A stretch of 64,000 nucleotides of DNA, taken from Bdellovibrio sp. GTDB taxonomy: Bacteria; Bdellovibrionota; Bdellovibrionia; Bdellovibrionales; Bdellovibrionaceae. The position numbers were made by a program, and so were the translations under genes. The notes beneath the pieces were generated by a model, which was not told where the DNA came from, ran no database searches, and was given only the letters and a program-made list of their open reading frames with translations. The stretch is taken from positions 1,600,001 to 1,664,000 of the forward strand of contig JAKFCY010000002.1 in NCBI GenBank assembly GCA_036676395.1. Direction: 5' to 3'. Shown one piece after another: positions 1 to 10,051 of the stretch (positions are counted from its first letter, which is position 1; each line of letters begins with the position of its first letter).

Positions 1-306
1 GCCTTTGTTGGAAAACCATGCGCTGTCTTCGTTCTTAATCATTCTGTCGGCGGCAAGGCTGTGTTATCAAGACTTCAAGGAGTGCTATCAACTTTTGGAT
101 GCTTGATTCCACCGATGAGTGGAATGGTTTATTCACTCGTGACCAAATTGGCATTGAAAAATTCAAAATCGGCTCACAAAGATGATTTGTGGACTCCGGA
201 TGATATTCCGATGATTTTAGAAAATTTCAAATTAGCTTTGGATATCAAAACAAAATGGCAGACCTGGCCAGTTGATCGTAAAAATTTTCGTAAGAGCTGG
301 GTTTAA
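1..306 (+). CDS. Flavodoxin-like NAD(P)H-dependent FMN reductase family protein (5' partial)
   Basis: Frame 1 is open from base 1 (AFVGKPCAVFVLNHSVGGKAVLSRLQGVLSTFG). The GKP..V....GG pattern is typical of the C-terminal half of flavodoxin-fold reductases. Confidence 0.55.
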   Translation, partial: AFVGKPCAVFVLNHSVGGKAVLSRLQGVLSTFGCLIPPMSGMVYSLVTKLALKNSKSAHKDDLWTPDDIPMILENFKLALDIKTKWQTWPVDRKNFRKSWV

Positions 307-575
307 ACAGGACAGATTTTTTTAAACTCTTGAAGAGTCACTAATGTTGGCGTCGCTGTTTCAAAATCAAAAACAATTTTGATCAGCTCTTTATCGAGCT
401 GCCTACGCACTTGCTCTTTTTTCTTATCAAGGCTGATTTCTTGCGAACCGTAGTCAGTGCCTTCGCGAAGTACGAACTCTTCTATCAGGGCATCAATAAC
501 CTCAGTAGACAGTTTTTCAATTGGAACTTCAATGGGTGGTCGCACTTCGTTTTTCGTCTGATTAAATTTATCCAT
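303..575 (-). CDS. yheU: YheU (UPF0270) family protein
   Basis: LIEEFVLREGTDYG signature and matching size. Confidence 0.85.
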   Translation of the reverse strand: MDKFNQTKNEVRPPIEVPIEKLSTEVIDALIEEFVLREGTDYGSQEISLDKKKEQVRRQLDKELIKIVFDFETATPTLVTLQEFKKICPV

Positions 576-773
576 TGCCAGTAGTTTTTAATTTTTACGG
601 GTGAATAGCAACCAGTGATTCGTGAAATTAGTTCATAAGCGTTTTGTGACCGATACCCCTGCACAGGTTGTGTTGCTGGCTTCATTGCGTGTGTCATTTT
701 TGTCAGATGCATTTAATCTGTGATCGGCGCTTTTCATGTAAAAACTTTCTAGTGTCACAATAGCCTAATATTG

Positions 774-789
774 CGGCACGTCAGTTGCT
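774..789 (+). promoter_or_regulatory. Putative sigma54 promoter
   Basis: CGGCACGTCAGTTGCT (GG-N10-GC) about 50 nt upstream of the ATG at 840. Confidence 0.65.
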
Positions 790-839
790 TTATAGAAACC
801 CGAACGACAAATAAAACCAAACCATTAGGGGAAAAAATC

Positions 840-1517
840 ATGAAAAAGCTATTATTACCGATCGTATCAAGCGCGTTATTATTACTAGTATCATGTAAAC
901 AGGAGTTTTCAGGAACTGTAGACATCCTATCTCAAATTCAATTGAGATCTACTAAGGGTGAAAATGTTCTCATCAATCCTGGTTATAAAAACTCAAAAAT
1001 CAAATTCACCGGCAAAAAGAAATTTGAATTACACTTAGACGGAAAAAAATTCGAATTCAGAACTGAACAAAACCTTAAAAAAATCAATGCAGGCGATTCT
1101 TTAAATTTACCTGCTGGATCAAACGGCCAATCCTATCATCTTAATGCTAAGTATGACGTTTCAACTCAAAGCTCTGGCTTAATTCGTTCTGTTGAAAGCT
1201 GTTCATACAATGTAACTGAACAACGTTGTCAAAACATCCAACAGCCAAAAGGTTGCCAACAAGTTAAAGAGTGCGCACCAAACGGTGGATCTTGCAAAGT
1301 TCGCGAAGTATGTACTGATGGCCAAACAGTCACTAAATGCGGCCCAGTATCAGTAACTCGTTACGGTAACCAAGAAGTTGAATACTATAACAGAACAACA
1401 ACTGACCACATGAATGGACAATTGATCCATCCAGCTAACGGCGCCGTCGTAGCTAAACTTAATGTTGCTGACAGTGAAAACGAAAAAATCTACCAATACA
1501 GAGCTGTTTGTAGATAG
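840..1517 (+). CDS. Cysteine-rich lipoprotein, unknown function
   Basis: ATG at 840 follows AGGGGA. Lipobox LVSC. Multiple cysteines in the C-terminal half. Confidence 0.75.
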   Translation: MKKLLLPIVSSALLLLVSCKQEFSGTVDILSQIQLRSTKGENVLINPGYKNSKIKFTGKKKFELHLDGKKFEFRTEQNLKKINAGDSLNLPAGSNGQSYHLNAKYDVSTQSSGLIRSVESCSYNVTEQRCQNIQQPKGCQQVKECAPNGGSCKVREVCTDGQTVTKCGPVSVTRYGNQEVEYYNRTTTDHMNGQLIHPANGAVVAKLNVADSENEKIYQYRAVCR

Positions 1518-1548
1518 TTTCGAAATTAAAAATTTTAAGTTTCATTAT

Positions 1549-1573
1549 AGGGCACCTAGTTAGGTGCCCTTTT
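1549..1573 (+). terminator. Intrinsic terminator
   Basis: AGGGCACCTA-GT-TAGGTGCCCT inverted repeat followed by a T-run, just after the 1517 stop. Confidence 0.8.
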
Positions 1574-1636
1574 CATTTTGAAACATCTTTAATCACTTGA
1601 ATTATTAAGCATTTATGAAATACACGGCCCCTTCAT

Positions 1637-1663
1637 TTTAACCAGCAAGTTATCCGCCGACAA
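1637..1663 (+). promoter_or_regulatory. Putative sigma28 (FliA) promoter
   Basis: TTTAA...GCCGACAA directly upstream of a chemoreceptor gene. Confidence 0.5.
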
Positions 1664-1669
1664 GAAATT

Positions 1670-3664
1670 ATGGCAATACTTGATCAATTATCTTTAAAGA
1701 AAAAAACCACCAGTCCCTTAATTTTAATGGCCTTCGGGTTGTTAATGGCTGGGGCAATCTTAATTACAAATTCATGGTACAGATTAAACCAGGCAAAAGG
1801 TTTAACTTATTCAAACGAGGCCCTTTCACTTATTTCAAATGTTATCCATGAAACACAAATAGAAAGAGGCATTTCTTCATTGTATCTGACCGGAAAAGCA
1901 ACGTTAGATGAAGTTCGCCAACAGCGAAAAAAAGTAGATGAAAATCTAAAAACAGCTGCAGCCTATACCCAAGAAGAAAAGTCGGTTGAATTACTTAAGA
2001 TAAAAGAGCAGGCTCTGGGTCGTTTAAATGAAATTCGTAGCGGTGTAGACAAACAAGCCGTAGCTACTGAAATGGCAAAAGGTTTTGGTCAAGTGATCGA
2101 CATCTGGATGAATTTACAAATCGGATACGCACGCCTTTATCAGATGGATGGACTTGAATCGAACTTGCTAAGCATCGTAATTTTTGAAAAATCAAAAGAA
2201 AATATGGGGCGGCTGCGTGCCTTACTTAACGTATCTTTAGGCGCAGACAAACCAATTCCGCCACAGACTGTTTCGCTATTATCAAATTTTAAAGCTGGGA
2301 TCATGTCTAATTTAGATTCGCCGGGTCTTTCAATTACTGCCGACAGCCGCAAAGCCGTCGCGAACATACTCGCCTCAGAAGATTGGAAGTCAGTACAAAC
2401 TACTTTCGATACAGTTATTGAACATTCGGCAACTGGCTCTTATGGTGTTGATGCAAAAAATTTTTCGGCCACAATTACCCGTGTTATCAACGGCGTCAAA
2501 GAAGTCATCGATCCTGAAATTGACCACACTCGCCAAACATTACAGGCAGCACAAACTTCTGCAAGTATTCATTTCTGGGTCAGTTTAAGTTCACTTCTGG
2601 TTTTATTGCTGGCCAGTTTTTCTTTGGCTTTTGTTGTTATTCGGTCGATGACTGAGTCTTTATCAAATATTTCTGACCAGCTTTCAAACGGAGCCGATCT
2701 GGTTTCAAGAATTGTAACGCAAATAGATTCAGCCAGCCAAAATCTTTCTGCGAGCACCTTGCAACAAGCGGCCGCCCTGCAACAAACAGCAACAGCCGTT
2801 GAAGAAACCTCGATGATGGTTAAACGCAATGCTGAAAATGCCGTCGCATCGACAGAACTTTCTGAACAAAGCAGGCACACAGCGACCGAAGGGCAAAAAA
2901 CAGTTGAAGCCATGAAAACAACTATTAAAGAAATCTCGCAATGTACAGAAGCCATCGCCAATCAAATTCATGAAAACGACCGCGAGATGAGTGTTATTTT
3001 ACAAATCATCAGCGAAGTCGGCTCTAAAACAAAAATTATTAACGATATCGTTTTTCAAACTCGTCTTCTTTCTTTTAATGCTTCAGTTGAAGCCGCCAGA
3101 GCCGGAGAAGCCGGAAAAGGCTTTGCTGTTGTCGCCGAAGAAGTCGGAAACCTTGCAAAATCCAGTGGCGCGGCCGCTCAAGAAATTTCGCAATTACTTG
3201 AAAAAAGCATTCAGCAAGTCAATGGCATCGTTGTTACAACAAAAACGCGTATCGAAGGTTTAGTCGGCAGCGCAAAAAATAAAGTCGAAGCTGGAACTAC
3301 TGGAGCCGAAGAATGTGGAAATGTTCTGGGTCAAATTGTACTTCACGCCTCTGATGTCGGATCACGACTTAATCAAATATCAATAGGAAGCACAGAACAG
3401 TCTCGCGGCATTGATGAAATTTCTAATGCAGTTCGTGAACTTGATAAAGTCGCTCAAATCAATTCGACAAGTGCACAGCAATCAACGGCTTCAGCTCTTG
3501 AATTAAGCGATCAGGTTACCGAATTAAACAATATGATCCAACGATTGCATATGGTTGTTCATGGTCTTGGTGAAAGTAACCAGCACAAGCCTCATAATTT
3601 AACTCCTCTTTCTGCGGCAAAACGCCCACAGAAAGTAGCGCCTCAGAAAAAGATCGCCAGTTAA
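1670..3664 (+). CDS. Methyl-accepting chemotaxis protein with NIT-like periplasmic sensor
   Basis: Two TM helices. MCP hairpin motif QTRLLSFNASVEAARAGEAGKGFAVVAEEV. HETQIERG and KENMGRLRA resemble NIT-domain motifs. Confidence 0.9.
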   Translation: MAILDQLSLKKKTTSPLILMAFGLLMAGAILITNSWYRLNQAKGLTYSNEALSLISNVIHETQIERGISSLYLTGKATLDEVRQQRKKVDENLKTAAAYTQEEKSVELLKIKEQALGRLNEIRSGVDKQAVATEMAKGFGQVIDIWMNLQIGYARLYQMDGLESNLLSIVIFEKSKENMGRLRALLNVSLGADKPIPPQTVSLLSNFKAGIMSNLDSPGLSITADSRKAVANILASEDWKSVQTTFDTVIEHSATGSYGVDAKNFSATITRVINGVKEVIDPEIDHTRQTLQAAQTSASIHFWVSLSSLLVLLLASFSLAFVVIRSMTESLSNISDQLSNGADLVSRIVTQIDSASQNLSASTLQQAAALQQTATAVEETSMMVKRNAENAVASTELSEQSRHTATEGQKTVEAMKTTIKEISQCTEAIANQIHENDREMSVILQIISEVGSKTKIINDIVFQTRLLSFNASVEAARAGEAGKGFAVVAEEVGNLAKSSGAAAQEISQLLEKSIQQVNGIVVTTKTRIEGLVGSAKNKVEAGTTGAEECGNVLGQIVLHASDVGSRLNQISIGSTEQSRGIDEISNAVRELDKVAQINSTSAQQSTASALELSDQVTELNNMIQRLHMVVHGLGESNQHKPHNLTPLSAAKRPQKVAPQKKIAS

Positions 3665-3778
3665 GCAAACATCTGCGCATCTGGCCTTACAATGTAATGC
3701 ACAATTAATAGAAATTGCCGTAAAATGAGTGCACTGCTCTTGGATTTTCGCTAAATTATAACCTTTAGAGGTTTAATT

Positions 3779-5722
3779 ATGTCAGATGCACAAAAACCAC
3801 AGTTTACGCAGCCAACTGATGTTAAGTCAGTTTTAGCCATGCACAAAAAACCTAAAAAAGTTGTCGTGACCGCGGGTATGCCCTACGCGAATGGTCCACT
3901 GCATTTAGGTCATTTAGCCGGAGCCCACGTTCCAGCCGATATTTACGCGCGCTGGATGCGAATGCTTATTGGTGCAGAAAATGTTTTGTTCGTTAACGGT
4001 AACGATGACCACGGTTCAACTTCTGAAGTTGCAGCTAATAAAGCTGGTAAAACCATTCGTGAATTTATCGACGCGATTCATGAACAGCAAAAAGACACTT
4101 TAAAAAAATATTCTGTTCAAACCGATGTGTTCACAGGAACTTCACGCCCTGAGACCTACCCGCTTCACGAAAAGTATTCGCAAGATTTCTTACGTCGTTT
4201 ATACAAAAACGATATGCTAGAAAAACGCATTACCAAACAATGGTTTGATCCGAAAGCTAATCGCTTTTTACAAGATCGTTTTGTTCGTGGCACCTGCCCG
4301 AATTGCCAAAGTACTGAAGCTTACTCTGATGAGTGCGACGCTTGTGGGGCTAAGTTTGATCCCAATGAATTAAAAGAACCACGCAGTCAGTTAACTGATG
4401 CTACTCCTGAACTACGTGACACCGCTCACTGGTGGCTGAACATGTGGAAAGTGGCTGATCCGTTAAAGGCCTGGATTGATACCAAACAAAAAGCTTGGCG
4501 CACTGGCGTTGTTCAAGAAGTGACAAACACGGTATTAATCGGTTGCCGTTTTGAAAACTCGCATGAGCCTGCGTACAAAATTATTAAAGATACTTTACCA
4601 AAACACAAATCTCGTTACGTGCCTGGTAAAAAAGTTGAATGTTTATTTGATAACAAAGCCGATCTTGCTTCAGCACAAGCTACACTAGAAGCTGCGGGCA
4701 TTCCGTCGACGATCACTGACAAATGGGGCTTTCGCCCGATCACTCGTGATGTGTCGAATGGTATTCCGGTTCCACCAGAGTTAGATCCAGAGATGAAAGG
4801 TAAAACACTTTACGTCTGGCCTGATTCATTAATTGCTCCGATTGTGTTTTCGCAAGTTGCACTTAAACAATCAGGTCGTGATCCTGAATCTTACAAAGAT
4901 TTCTGGTGTGATCCAGAAGCCACTGTTGTGCAGTTCTTAGGGCAAGATAACGTTTTTTTCTATGTGATCATGCAAGGCTCTATGTGGTTAGGCCAACAAG
5001 CTAATACACAAATTCAACCAACCAAGGGTGAATTACAGATGACAGAAATCTTAAGCGTTTTTCATTTAATGGTGAATGGCGAAAAGATGAGTAAATCAAC
5101 TGGCAATTTTTATTCTGGCGACCAACTATTAGACATGGGTTACGGCGCTGATCAAATTCGTTATTACTTGGCGATGTTGTCTTTACCTGTAAAAGCATCG
5201 AACTTTGATTTTGCGCACTTTGCTGAACGTAATAAATTTTTAGCGGGTCCGTTAAACGCAGCTTTAGAAAAGCCAATTTCTGCTTGTAATAACAAATTCG
5301 GCGGAGTTGTGCCCGAAGGAAAATTAATCGGTAAAGCAGAAGCCGAAACTGTGAAACTTGTGCAAATGTATTTACGGTCGATGCAAAAAGGTGATTATTC
5401 GACCTTGTTAGGACAAATTGAAAACTACGCGCGGCAAATTAATTCACTCTTCACTCAGTTTAAACCGCACGATGATCGTGGAGTTGAAGCTGATCGTAAG
5501 GACGCTTTGTTTACCTGCTTTTATGTTTTAAAGAATTTAATGATAATGCTAGCGCCATTTGCGCCGAGCACGATGAATGAACTTCGTCTGTCGTTGAATT
5601 TACCTGAAAGTGTAATGATGGCTTCAGAGCTTGGCACTGGCATTCCTGCAGGGCACAAGATCAATGAAAAGCGCACTTACTTTCCTGCTGTCGCTGGTGA
5701 AGCTACTGAAGAACAAGCTTGA
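3779..5722 (+). CDS. metG: Methionine--tRNA ligase
   Basis: PYANGPLHLGH, DDHG, CPNC/CDAC knuckle, ITRD, LYVWPD and KMSKS motifs. Confidence 0.95.
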   Translation: MSDAQKPQFTQPTDVKSVLAMHKKPKKVVVTAGMPYANGPLHLGHLAGAHVPADIYARWMRMLIGAENVLFVNGNDDHGSTSEVAANKAGKTIREFIDAIHEQQKDTLKKYSVQTDVFTGTSRPETYPLHEKYSQDFLRRLYKNDMLEKRITKQWFDPKANRFLQDRFVRGTCPNCQSTEAYSDECDACGAKFDPNELKEPRSQLTDATPELRDTAHWWLNMWKVADPLKAWIDTKQKAWRTGVVQEVTNTVLIGCRFENSHEPAYKIIKDTLPKHKSRYVPGKKVECLFDNKADLASAQATLEAAGIPSTITDKWGFRPITRDVSNGIPVPPELDPEMKGKTLYVWPDSLIAPIVFSQVALKQSGRDPESYKDFWCDPEATVVQFLGQDNVFFYVIMQGSMWLGQQANTQIQPTKGELQMTEILSVFHLMVNGEKMSKSTGNFYSGDQLLDMGYGADQIRYYLAMLSLPVKASNFDFAHFAERNKFLAGPLNAALEKPISACNNKFGGVVPEGKLIGKAEAETVKLVQMYLRSMQKGDYSTLLGQIENYARQINSLFTQFKPHDDRGVEADRKDALFTCFYVLKNLMIMLAPFAPSTMNELRLSLNLPESVMMASELGTGIPAGHKINEKRTYFPAVAGEATEEQA

Positions 5723-5725
5723 GTT

Positions 5726-6094
5726 CTACTTAGGCTTAATTTTCGTAAGTTCAGTTTCTTGATGATAAACTTTAACATCATAAAAACCGTTATTGTACTT
5801 TTTGATTTCGACTAATTCAGCTGTGCCGATATATGAAAATACGCTTTTATCCAGTTTAATGATGGCTACAACCTTATGATTGTCTTTGAATTTTAAACCT
5901 TCGACGAGCTTTCCGCTTAATTTAAAATTCGTTTCATTGTCGGTATCGCGATTAACCGTTAAAAAGACATCCGTCTTATTCTGTACTGTTAGATACCCTT
6001 CTAATTCGTAGGTTCCAATATCAAACCGTAAAAGCGCCTGCGCCTGAAAAAAGAATAGGCATACTGTTGCGAAGAGAAATATTTTTTTACTCAT
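5726..6094 (-). CDS. Secreted hypothetical protein
   Basis: Signal peptide ending AQA. Translationally coupled to the upstream gene. Confidence 0.7.
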   Translation of the reverse strand: MSKKIFLFATVCLFFFQAQALLRFDIGTYELEGYLTVQNKTDVFLTVNRDTDNETNFKLSGKLVEGLKFKDNHKVVAIIKLDKSVFSYIGTAELVEIKKYNNGFYDVKVYHQETELTKIKPK

Positions 6095-7452
6095 TAGATA
6101 CTTCTTTCCATACAGGCTTTGAGTTTGCGGTATTTTTCAAGTTGCTCTGGGCTTGCTGATTGTAAGAATGTAATTTGCTTTTGATAATTAAGAATATATT
6201 CGTTTAAATTTTTTATTTTCGTTTCATAGATCTTTTTGGTTTCTTCTAGGGCGTCAGCTTTTTTATTAAATGCCGCATAGGCTAAATCCTTTTCAGGGCC
6301 TTCTTTCATATTAAATAATTTCTGATGTACACTGCTCATCTCATTTCGGGTGCGGCGGTATTCATTGTCTACAAAGTCTGCCTGTTTAAATTTTAACGAC
6401 TTTAGATTTTTCTGCGTTTGTTCGATCTGCGCTTTTACCGCTAATACTTCAGCTTCAGCAGCTAAAGGCTGGGCCACATTTTTTGCTGCATTGGCTGAAC
6501 CTGCGGGATTAACCGAAGTACAAACCGGTTTTGCACTTTTTGCTTTTTTTAATTCATTGCCGACAAAATAATCCAAACTATTCATAGATCCGACATTTTC
6601 TGGAAATATATCAACGGCCCTGGCATCTTGATAGCTTTCGTAAAAACTTTTCTTACCCAAACTACTTGCATAAGCTCCGGCAAAAGGACTTGTATCTAAT
6701 TTTGATTTACTGAAGTGCTTTGAATCAACTTGCGAAACTACACAAGTATTTAAATCGGGATCAGTTAATTCGACAAGCTTTCCGCCATAACAGATATTAT
6801 TAGCGATTTGCACCGTCACTCCTGGCGGAAGCAACTTAATCATTTCTTTGAGCTGATCGACACTCATCGTTTTTGAACGCATCGCTGTAACGCCGTGTTG
6901 TTTTTCGTAAGCGCGATCTTCAGCAGTTTTTTCAGCCTCAGGCTTAGGCTCATGCCCCCACATCACCACATTGCCTTTAGTGCTACCGTGATCAGTGACA
7001 TAAAGACTAACAATGTCGCCTGGCTCAGCTTTAGCGGCGATGCTTAAAAAAGCTTTTTTTACATCTTCAACATTTGCAGGCCCGTTAACATCAATATTTT
7101 CATTTTTTTTAAAAGAACTGGCGGCATTAAACGTAAGATCTTTTTTTCCACGCGTAAAATCCTTATCTAAGACGCCGATTTTTCTGGTGTCATTGGTTTT
7201 CGAGTTACCACTGGCAAAAAAAGTATAAATATCTGTTCGATCAACACCGTTATTGATAAAAGCTTTGTGCATTTTAGTCGTTGTTTCGTAATAACGAAAG
7301 TGATTGCTCTCTTGAGCCGCACCACCACTCAGAATAATACCGTAGGTTTTTGAAGGCGAGCTTTGCTGTTGCGCCCACGCTATGTGAAATAAAAATATAA
7401 TAGATGCCAATCCTAGAGCGCTTTTCATTCTGCTAGTATACAACGAAGTCAT
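6094..7452 (-). CDS. Secreted clan CD cysteine peptidase (C13/legumain/caspase-like) with C-terminal coiled coil
   Basis: Signal peptide, GIILSGG, LYVTDHG (His) and NICYGG (Cys) dyad motifs, and a K/E-rich helical tail. Confidence 0.7.
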   Translation of the reverse strand: MTSLYTSRMKSALGLASIIFLFHIAWAQQQSSPSKTYGIILSGGAAQESNHFRYYETTTKMHKAFINNGVDRTDIYTFFASGNSKTNDTRKIGVLDKDFTRGKKDLTFNAASSFKKNENIDVNGPANVEDVKKAFLSIAAKAEPGDIVSLYVTDHGSTKGNVVMWGHEPKPEAEKTAEDRAYEKQHGVTAMRSKTMSVDQLKEMIKLLPPGVTVQIANNICYGGKLVELTDPDLNTCVVSQVDSKHFSKSKLDTSPFAGAYASSLGKKSFYESYQDARAVDIFPENVGSMNSLDYFVGNELKKAKSAKPVCTSVNPAGSANAAKNVAQPLAAEAEVLAVKAQIEQTQKNLKSLKFKQADFVDNEYRRTRNEMSSVHQKLFNMKEGPEKDLAYAAFNKKADALEETKKIYETKIKNLNEYILNYQKQITFLQSASPEQLEKYRKLKACMERSI

Positions 7453-7488
7453 ACAAAACTCGCTAGACCTTGGACTCGAAATACTTAA

Positions 7489-7935
7489 TTAAGTATTAAA
7501 ATGCGCAGCTAATTTTGCGTGACGATGCTCAAAGAATTTTTGAATAACAAACCTAGTGATATTTTTAAACTGTCGCGGTTCAAAAGTCAGCTCGTCGATG
7601 ACCGAAGTCTCGGTCGAACTCACAGCAACGATCTTACGTTCGTGACGCCAGTATTTCATTGAAGCCATATTCGACTCTTCTACAAAACCTTTAAGCGGCA
7701 CTAAACTTGTCAATTGCAGATCTGTATGATCAATCGGAAAAACCCCGAATAACAACACCCAACTGCGAAAATTACTTTTTCTTGGATAGATATCACTCAG
7801 GGTTTTAAAACCCTTCGGTGCAGTTAAGCGCATCAATGGCATCATCTCGCGGGTTAAGCCCTCTAAAGAGGTGATACTACTCCACACTTGTTCTGGCGTG
7901 GCTTTGAGGTGGGCTTCGAATCTTAAATTAATCAT
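7489..7935 (-). CDS. SRPBCC/START-fold protein
   Basis: ATPEQVW start, WRHER, DELTF. Confidence 0.7.
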   Translation of the reverse strand: MINLRFEAHLKATPEQVWSSITSLEGLTREMMPLMRLTAPKGFKTLSDIYPRKSNFRSWVLLFGVFPIDHTDLQLTSLVPLKGFVEESNMASMKYWRHERKIVAVSSTETSVIDELTFEPRQFKNITRFVIQKFFEHRHAKLAAHFNT

Positions 7936-7996
7936 CTTTAGTAATTATACACGTCAAACCTTGAATCTGCACTCTATTAAGCTTTAAACTAAACCA

Positions 7997-8485
7997 ATGC
8001 ATATTTTGAACATCTACAAAGAGTCTTTAAAAGCCGCTGGTCGCACAAATTACAAAGGCGGAGTCCTTGAGTTAGCCGAAACTTTTGGAGCTAAAAACCT
8101 TGGTTTTCATGTCGAGACTTTAGATCCGAAAAATTTCTCGTGCCCGTATCATTATCATGAACAAGAAGAAGAACTTTTTTTAGTTTTAGAGGGTGAAGCC
8201 ATCGTTCGCAAAAATAATGAATTTCGTAAAGTTAGCGCTGGCGATATTATTTTTTATGAAGTTGGCGAAAGCTCTGCGCACAATATGTATAACTTTACTG
8301 ACAAACCATTTAAATTTTTAGCGATTTCAAACAATAGCGACACAGATGTTTGCTACTACCCTGATTCGAAAAAAAGAAATGAATCAGGCCAAGTTACGCA
8401 AAACGGATCTGTTGTTGATTACTTTCATGATGAAGAAGATCCTGCGAAGTACTGGCCTGAACATGCACTACGTGGTAAAGTTTGA
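7997..8485 (+). CDS. Cupin domain protein
   Basis: PYHYHEQEEELFLVLEG, AHNMYN and YYPDS motifs. Confidence 0.9.
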   Translation: MHILNIYKESLKAAGRTNYKGGVLELAETFGAKNLGFHVETLDPKNFSCPYHYHEQEEELFLVLEGEAIVRKNNEFRKVSAGDIIFYEVGESSAHNMYNFTDKPFKFLAISNNSDTDVCYYPDSKKRNESGQVTQNGSVVDYFHDEEDPAKYWPEHALRGKV

Positions 8486-8571
8486 GAAGTTTGTGCTAGT
8501 CAAACTCCATTCCTTGCCTATAACCCCGTCTACCCCACTGTTATACTAAAGCCATCCACATGGAGGGTTAT

Positions 8572-8766
8572 ATGAACGATGCTGTATTCACTGTTTTTAC
8601 TGGCGGCATTGCCGTGTTCTTTGCAGCAAGCCTTGTGTATGTTTGTTTTCTTATCTTTTTACCTGAATGGGTTGGCGTAACTGGTAAAGTCGCCCTTGAT
8701 GCCGAAAAAAGTCATACCAAAGGTTCAGCTGACGAAGAAGCTGGGTTTGGAAAAAATATTAGTTAA
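8572..8766 (+). CDS. Small membrane protein
   Basis: GGAGGG RBS before ATG 8572. One TM helix followed by PEWVG. Confidence 0.6.
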   Translation: MNDAVFTVFTGGIAVFFAASLVYVCFLIFLPEWVGVTGKVALDAEKSHTKGSADEEAGFGKNIS

Positions 8767-9616
8767 CTAATTTTACCTTGGCGCGAAACTTTGCCGGCGA
8801 TGCTTTTACTGCCTTGGTGAAAAAACGCGTAAAGTAATTCGCATCATCAAAACCTAAGGCATAGCCGACTTCGGCCACACTCAGCTCTGAATACGATAAC
8901 AATCTTTTAGCTTCTAAAATAAAACGCTCTTGAATCACAGCTTTTGGCGATTTCTTTAACGCCCGACTGACCTGCATGGTTAAGGCTTTCGGAGTCATAT
9001 GCATTTTCTTAGCGTAAAATCCCACAAGGTGTTCGGTCTGATAATTTTCATCAACTAACTTTTGAAAACGTTCAATCACGCTTGAAGTATTATGTTGCGC
9101 AACGCTCGTTGAAACGCGAACCAATTGCACTAATAAATTTTGCAGCAGACCTTCTAAGCATGCTTCAAATTGCGGTTTCTGCGCATTAAATTCTTTAAGC
9201 ATCAGTTCACAGACGTCTAAAAAATCACTCCACTGGCTTTCTGCTTTAAACTTGATGGCATCTTCGATGGCTGGCACTTGTTTTAATAAAAATAAGGACT
9301 TAGCAGAAATAGCTGGTAGCGATTCTCGGGTAAATTCGATCACGATGCCTTCAGCGCCTTTAGCAAAAGCCCACGCGTGCACCTGGCTTGGCTTCATAAA
9401 AAAGATCTGGCGTCCGTTAATTTTATGCTTAGTAAAATCAATGTCGTGCCAGCCTTTACCCTTGATCACGAACGTTAACTGGTAGAAATCATGGCGATGC
9501 GGAAAATCAACTTTTGGTTTTAATCTGTCGATGAGTTTTTCGACGCGGATTTCACCAGCTGTGGCTTTTATAACGCCTAACGCTTCGATGGGATGAAGAA
9601 TATTAATTGATTTCAT
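8759..9616 (-). CDS. AraC family transcriptional regulator
   Basis: PHRHDFY cupin arm and C-terminal HTH (VGYALGFDDANYFTRFF). Confidence 0.92.
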   Translation of the reverse strand: MKSINILHPIEALGVIKATAGEIRVEKLIDRLKPKVDFPHRHDFYQLTFVIKGKGWHDIDFTKHKINGRQIFFMKPSQVHAWAFAKGAEGIVIEFTRESLPAISAKSLFLLKQVPAIEDAIKFKAESQWSDFLDVCELMLKEFNAQKPQFEACLEGLLQNLLVQLVRVSTSVAQHNTSSVIERFQKLVDENYQTEHLVGFYAKKMHMTPKALTMQVSRALKKSPKAVIQERFILEAKRLLSYSELSVAEVGYALGFDDANYFTRFFTKAVKASPAKFRAKVKLVN

Positions 9617-9684
9617 GATGGCACAATCATGCCCGATGCGGCCTTGATTGACCACACTTGTTACTACCCGTTATGATTTTATCT

Positions 9685-9969
9685 ATGGGTGATATTGCTG
9701 AAATCGAAATTGGGATTTGTTCAAGTTGTATGGCTAAATGGGCTGATGCCAAGACTCCCCCTGAATTTGATAAATTCGTCGCTAAAGTAAGAGCCGAGCT
9801 TCAAGCAAAGCGTCCTGATCGGGCTTGGAATATCAAAATGCAATCGTGTTTTCGCTTATGCCCCGAAGAGCGAATTACGATATCTGTAGCTCAGAAAATG
9901 ACGATGACTCGCAATGCTACTGTGGATAGCGTTGTGCAAGAGATTTTAAGTTTTCTAAAACCTGTATAA
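9685..9969 (+). CDS. Small thioredoxin-like Cys4 protein (DUF1636/[2Fe-2S] ferredoxin-like)
   Basis: ICSSC and CFRLC cysteine pairs. Confidence 0.55.
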   Translation: MGDIAEIEIGICSSCMAKWADAKTPPEFDKFVAKVRAELQAKRPDRAWNIKMQSCFRLCPEERITISVAQKMTMTRNATVDSVVQEILSFLKPV

Positions 9970-10051
9970 ACTGCCGAAATTTCTATTTTTTGCCCAAAAA
10001 ATCAACTCCTTGATAGTTGTTAAACGCTGATTTCACGTCTACATTATACAG

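Noticed and set aside
485..712. 75-aa ORF upstream of yheU
   Set aside because: It overlaps yheU and regulatory DNA and has no recognisable features.
2140..3263. Short antisense or alternative-frame ORFs inside the MCP gene, and similar ones in metG, xdh, feoB, crt, hbd and maeB
   Set aside because: They are shadow ORFs of well-supported genes, with no motifs or RBS.
9619..9633. TGGCACAATCATGCC as a sigma54 promoter
   Set aside because: The GG-to-GC spacing is 9 rather than the required 10.
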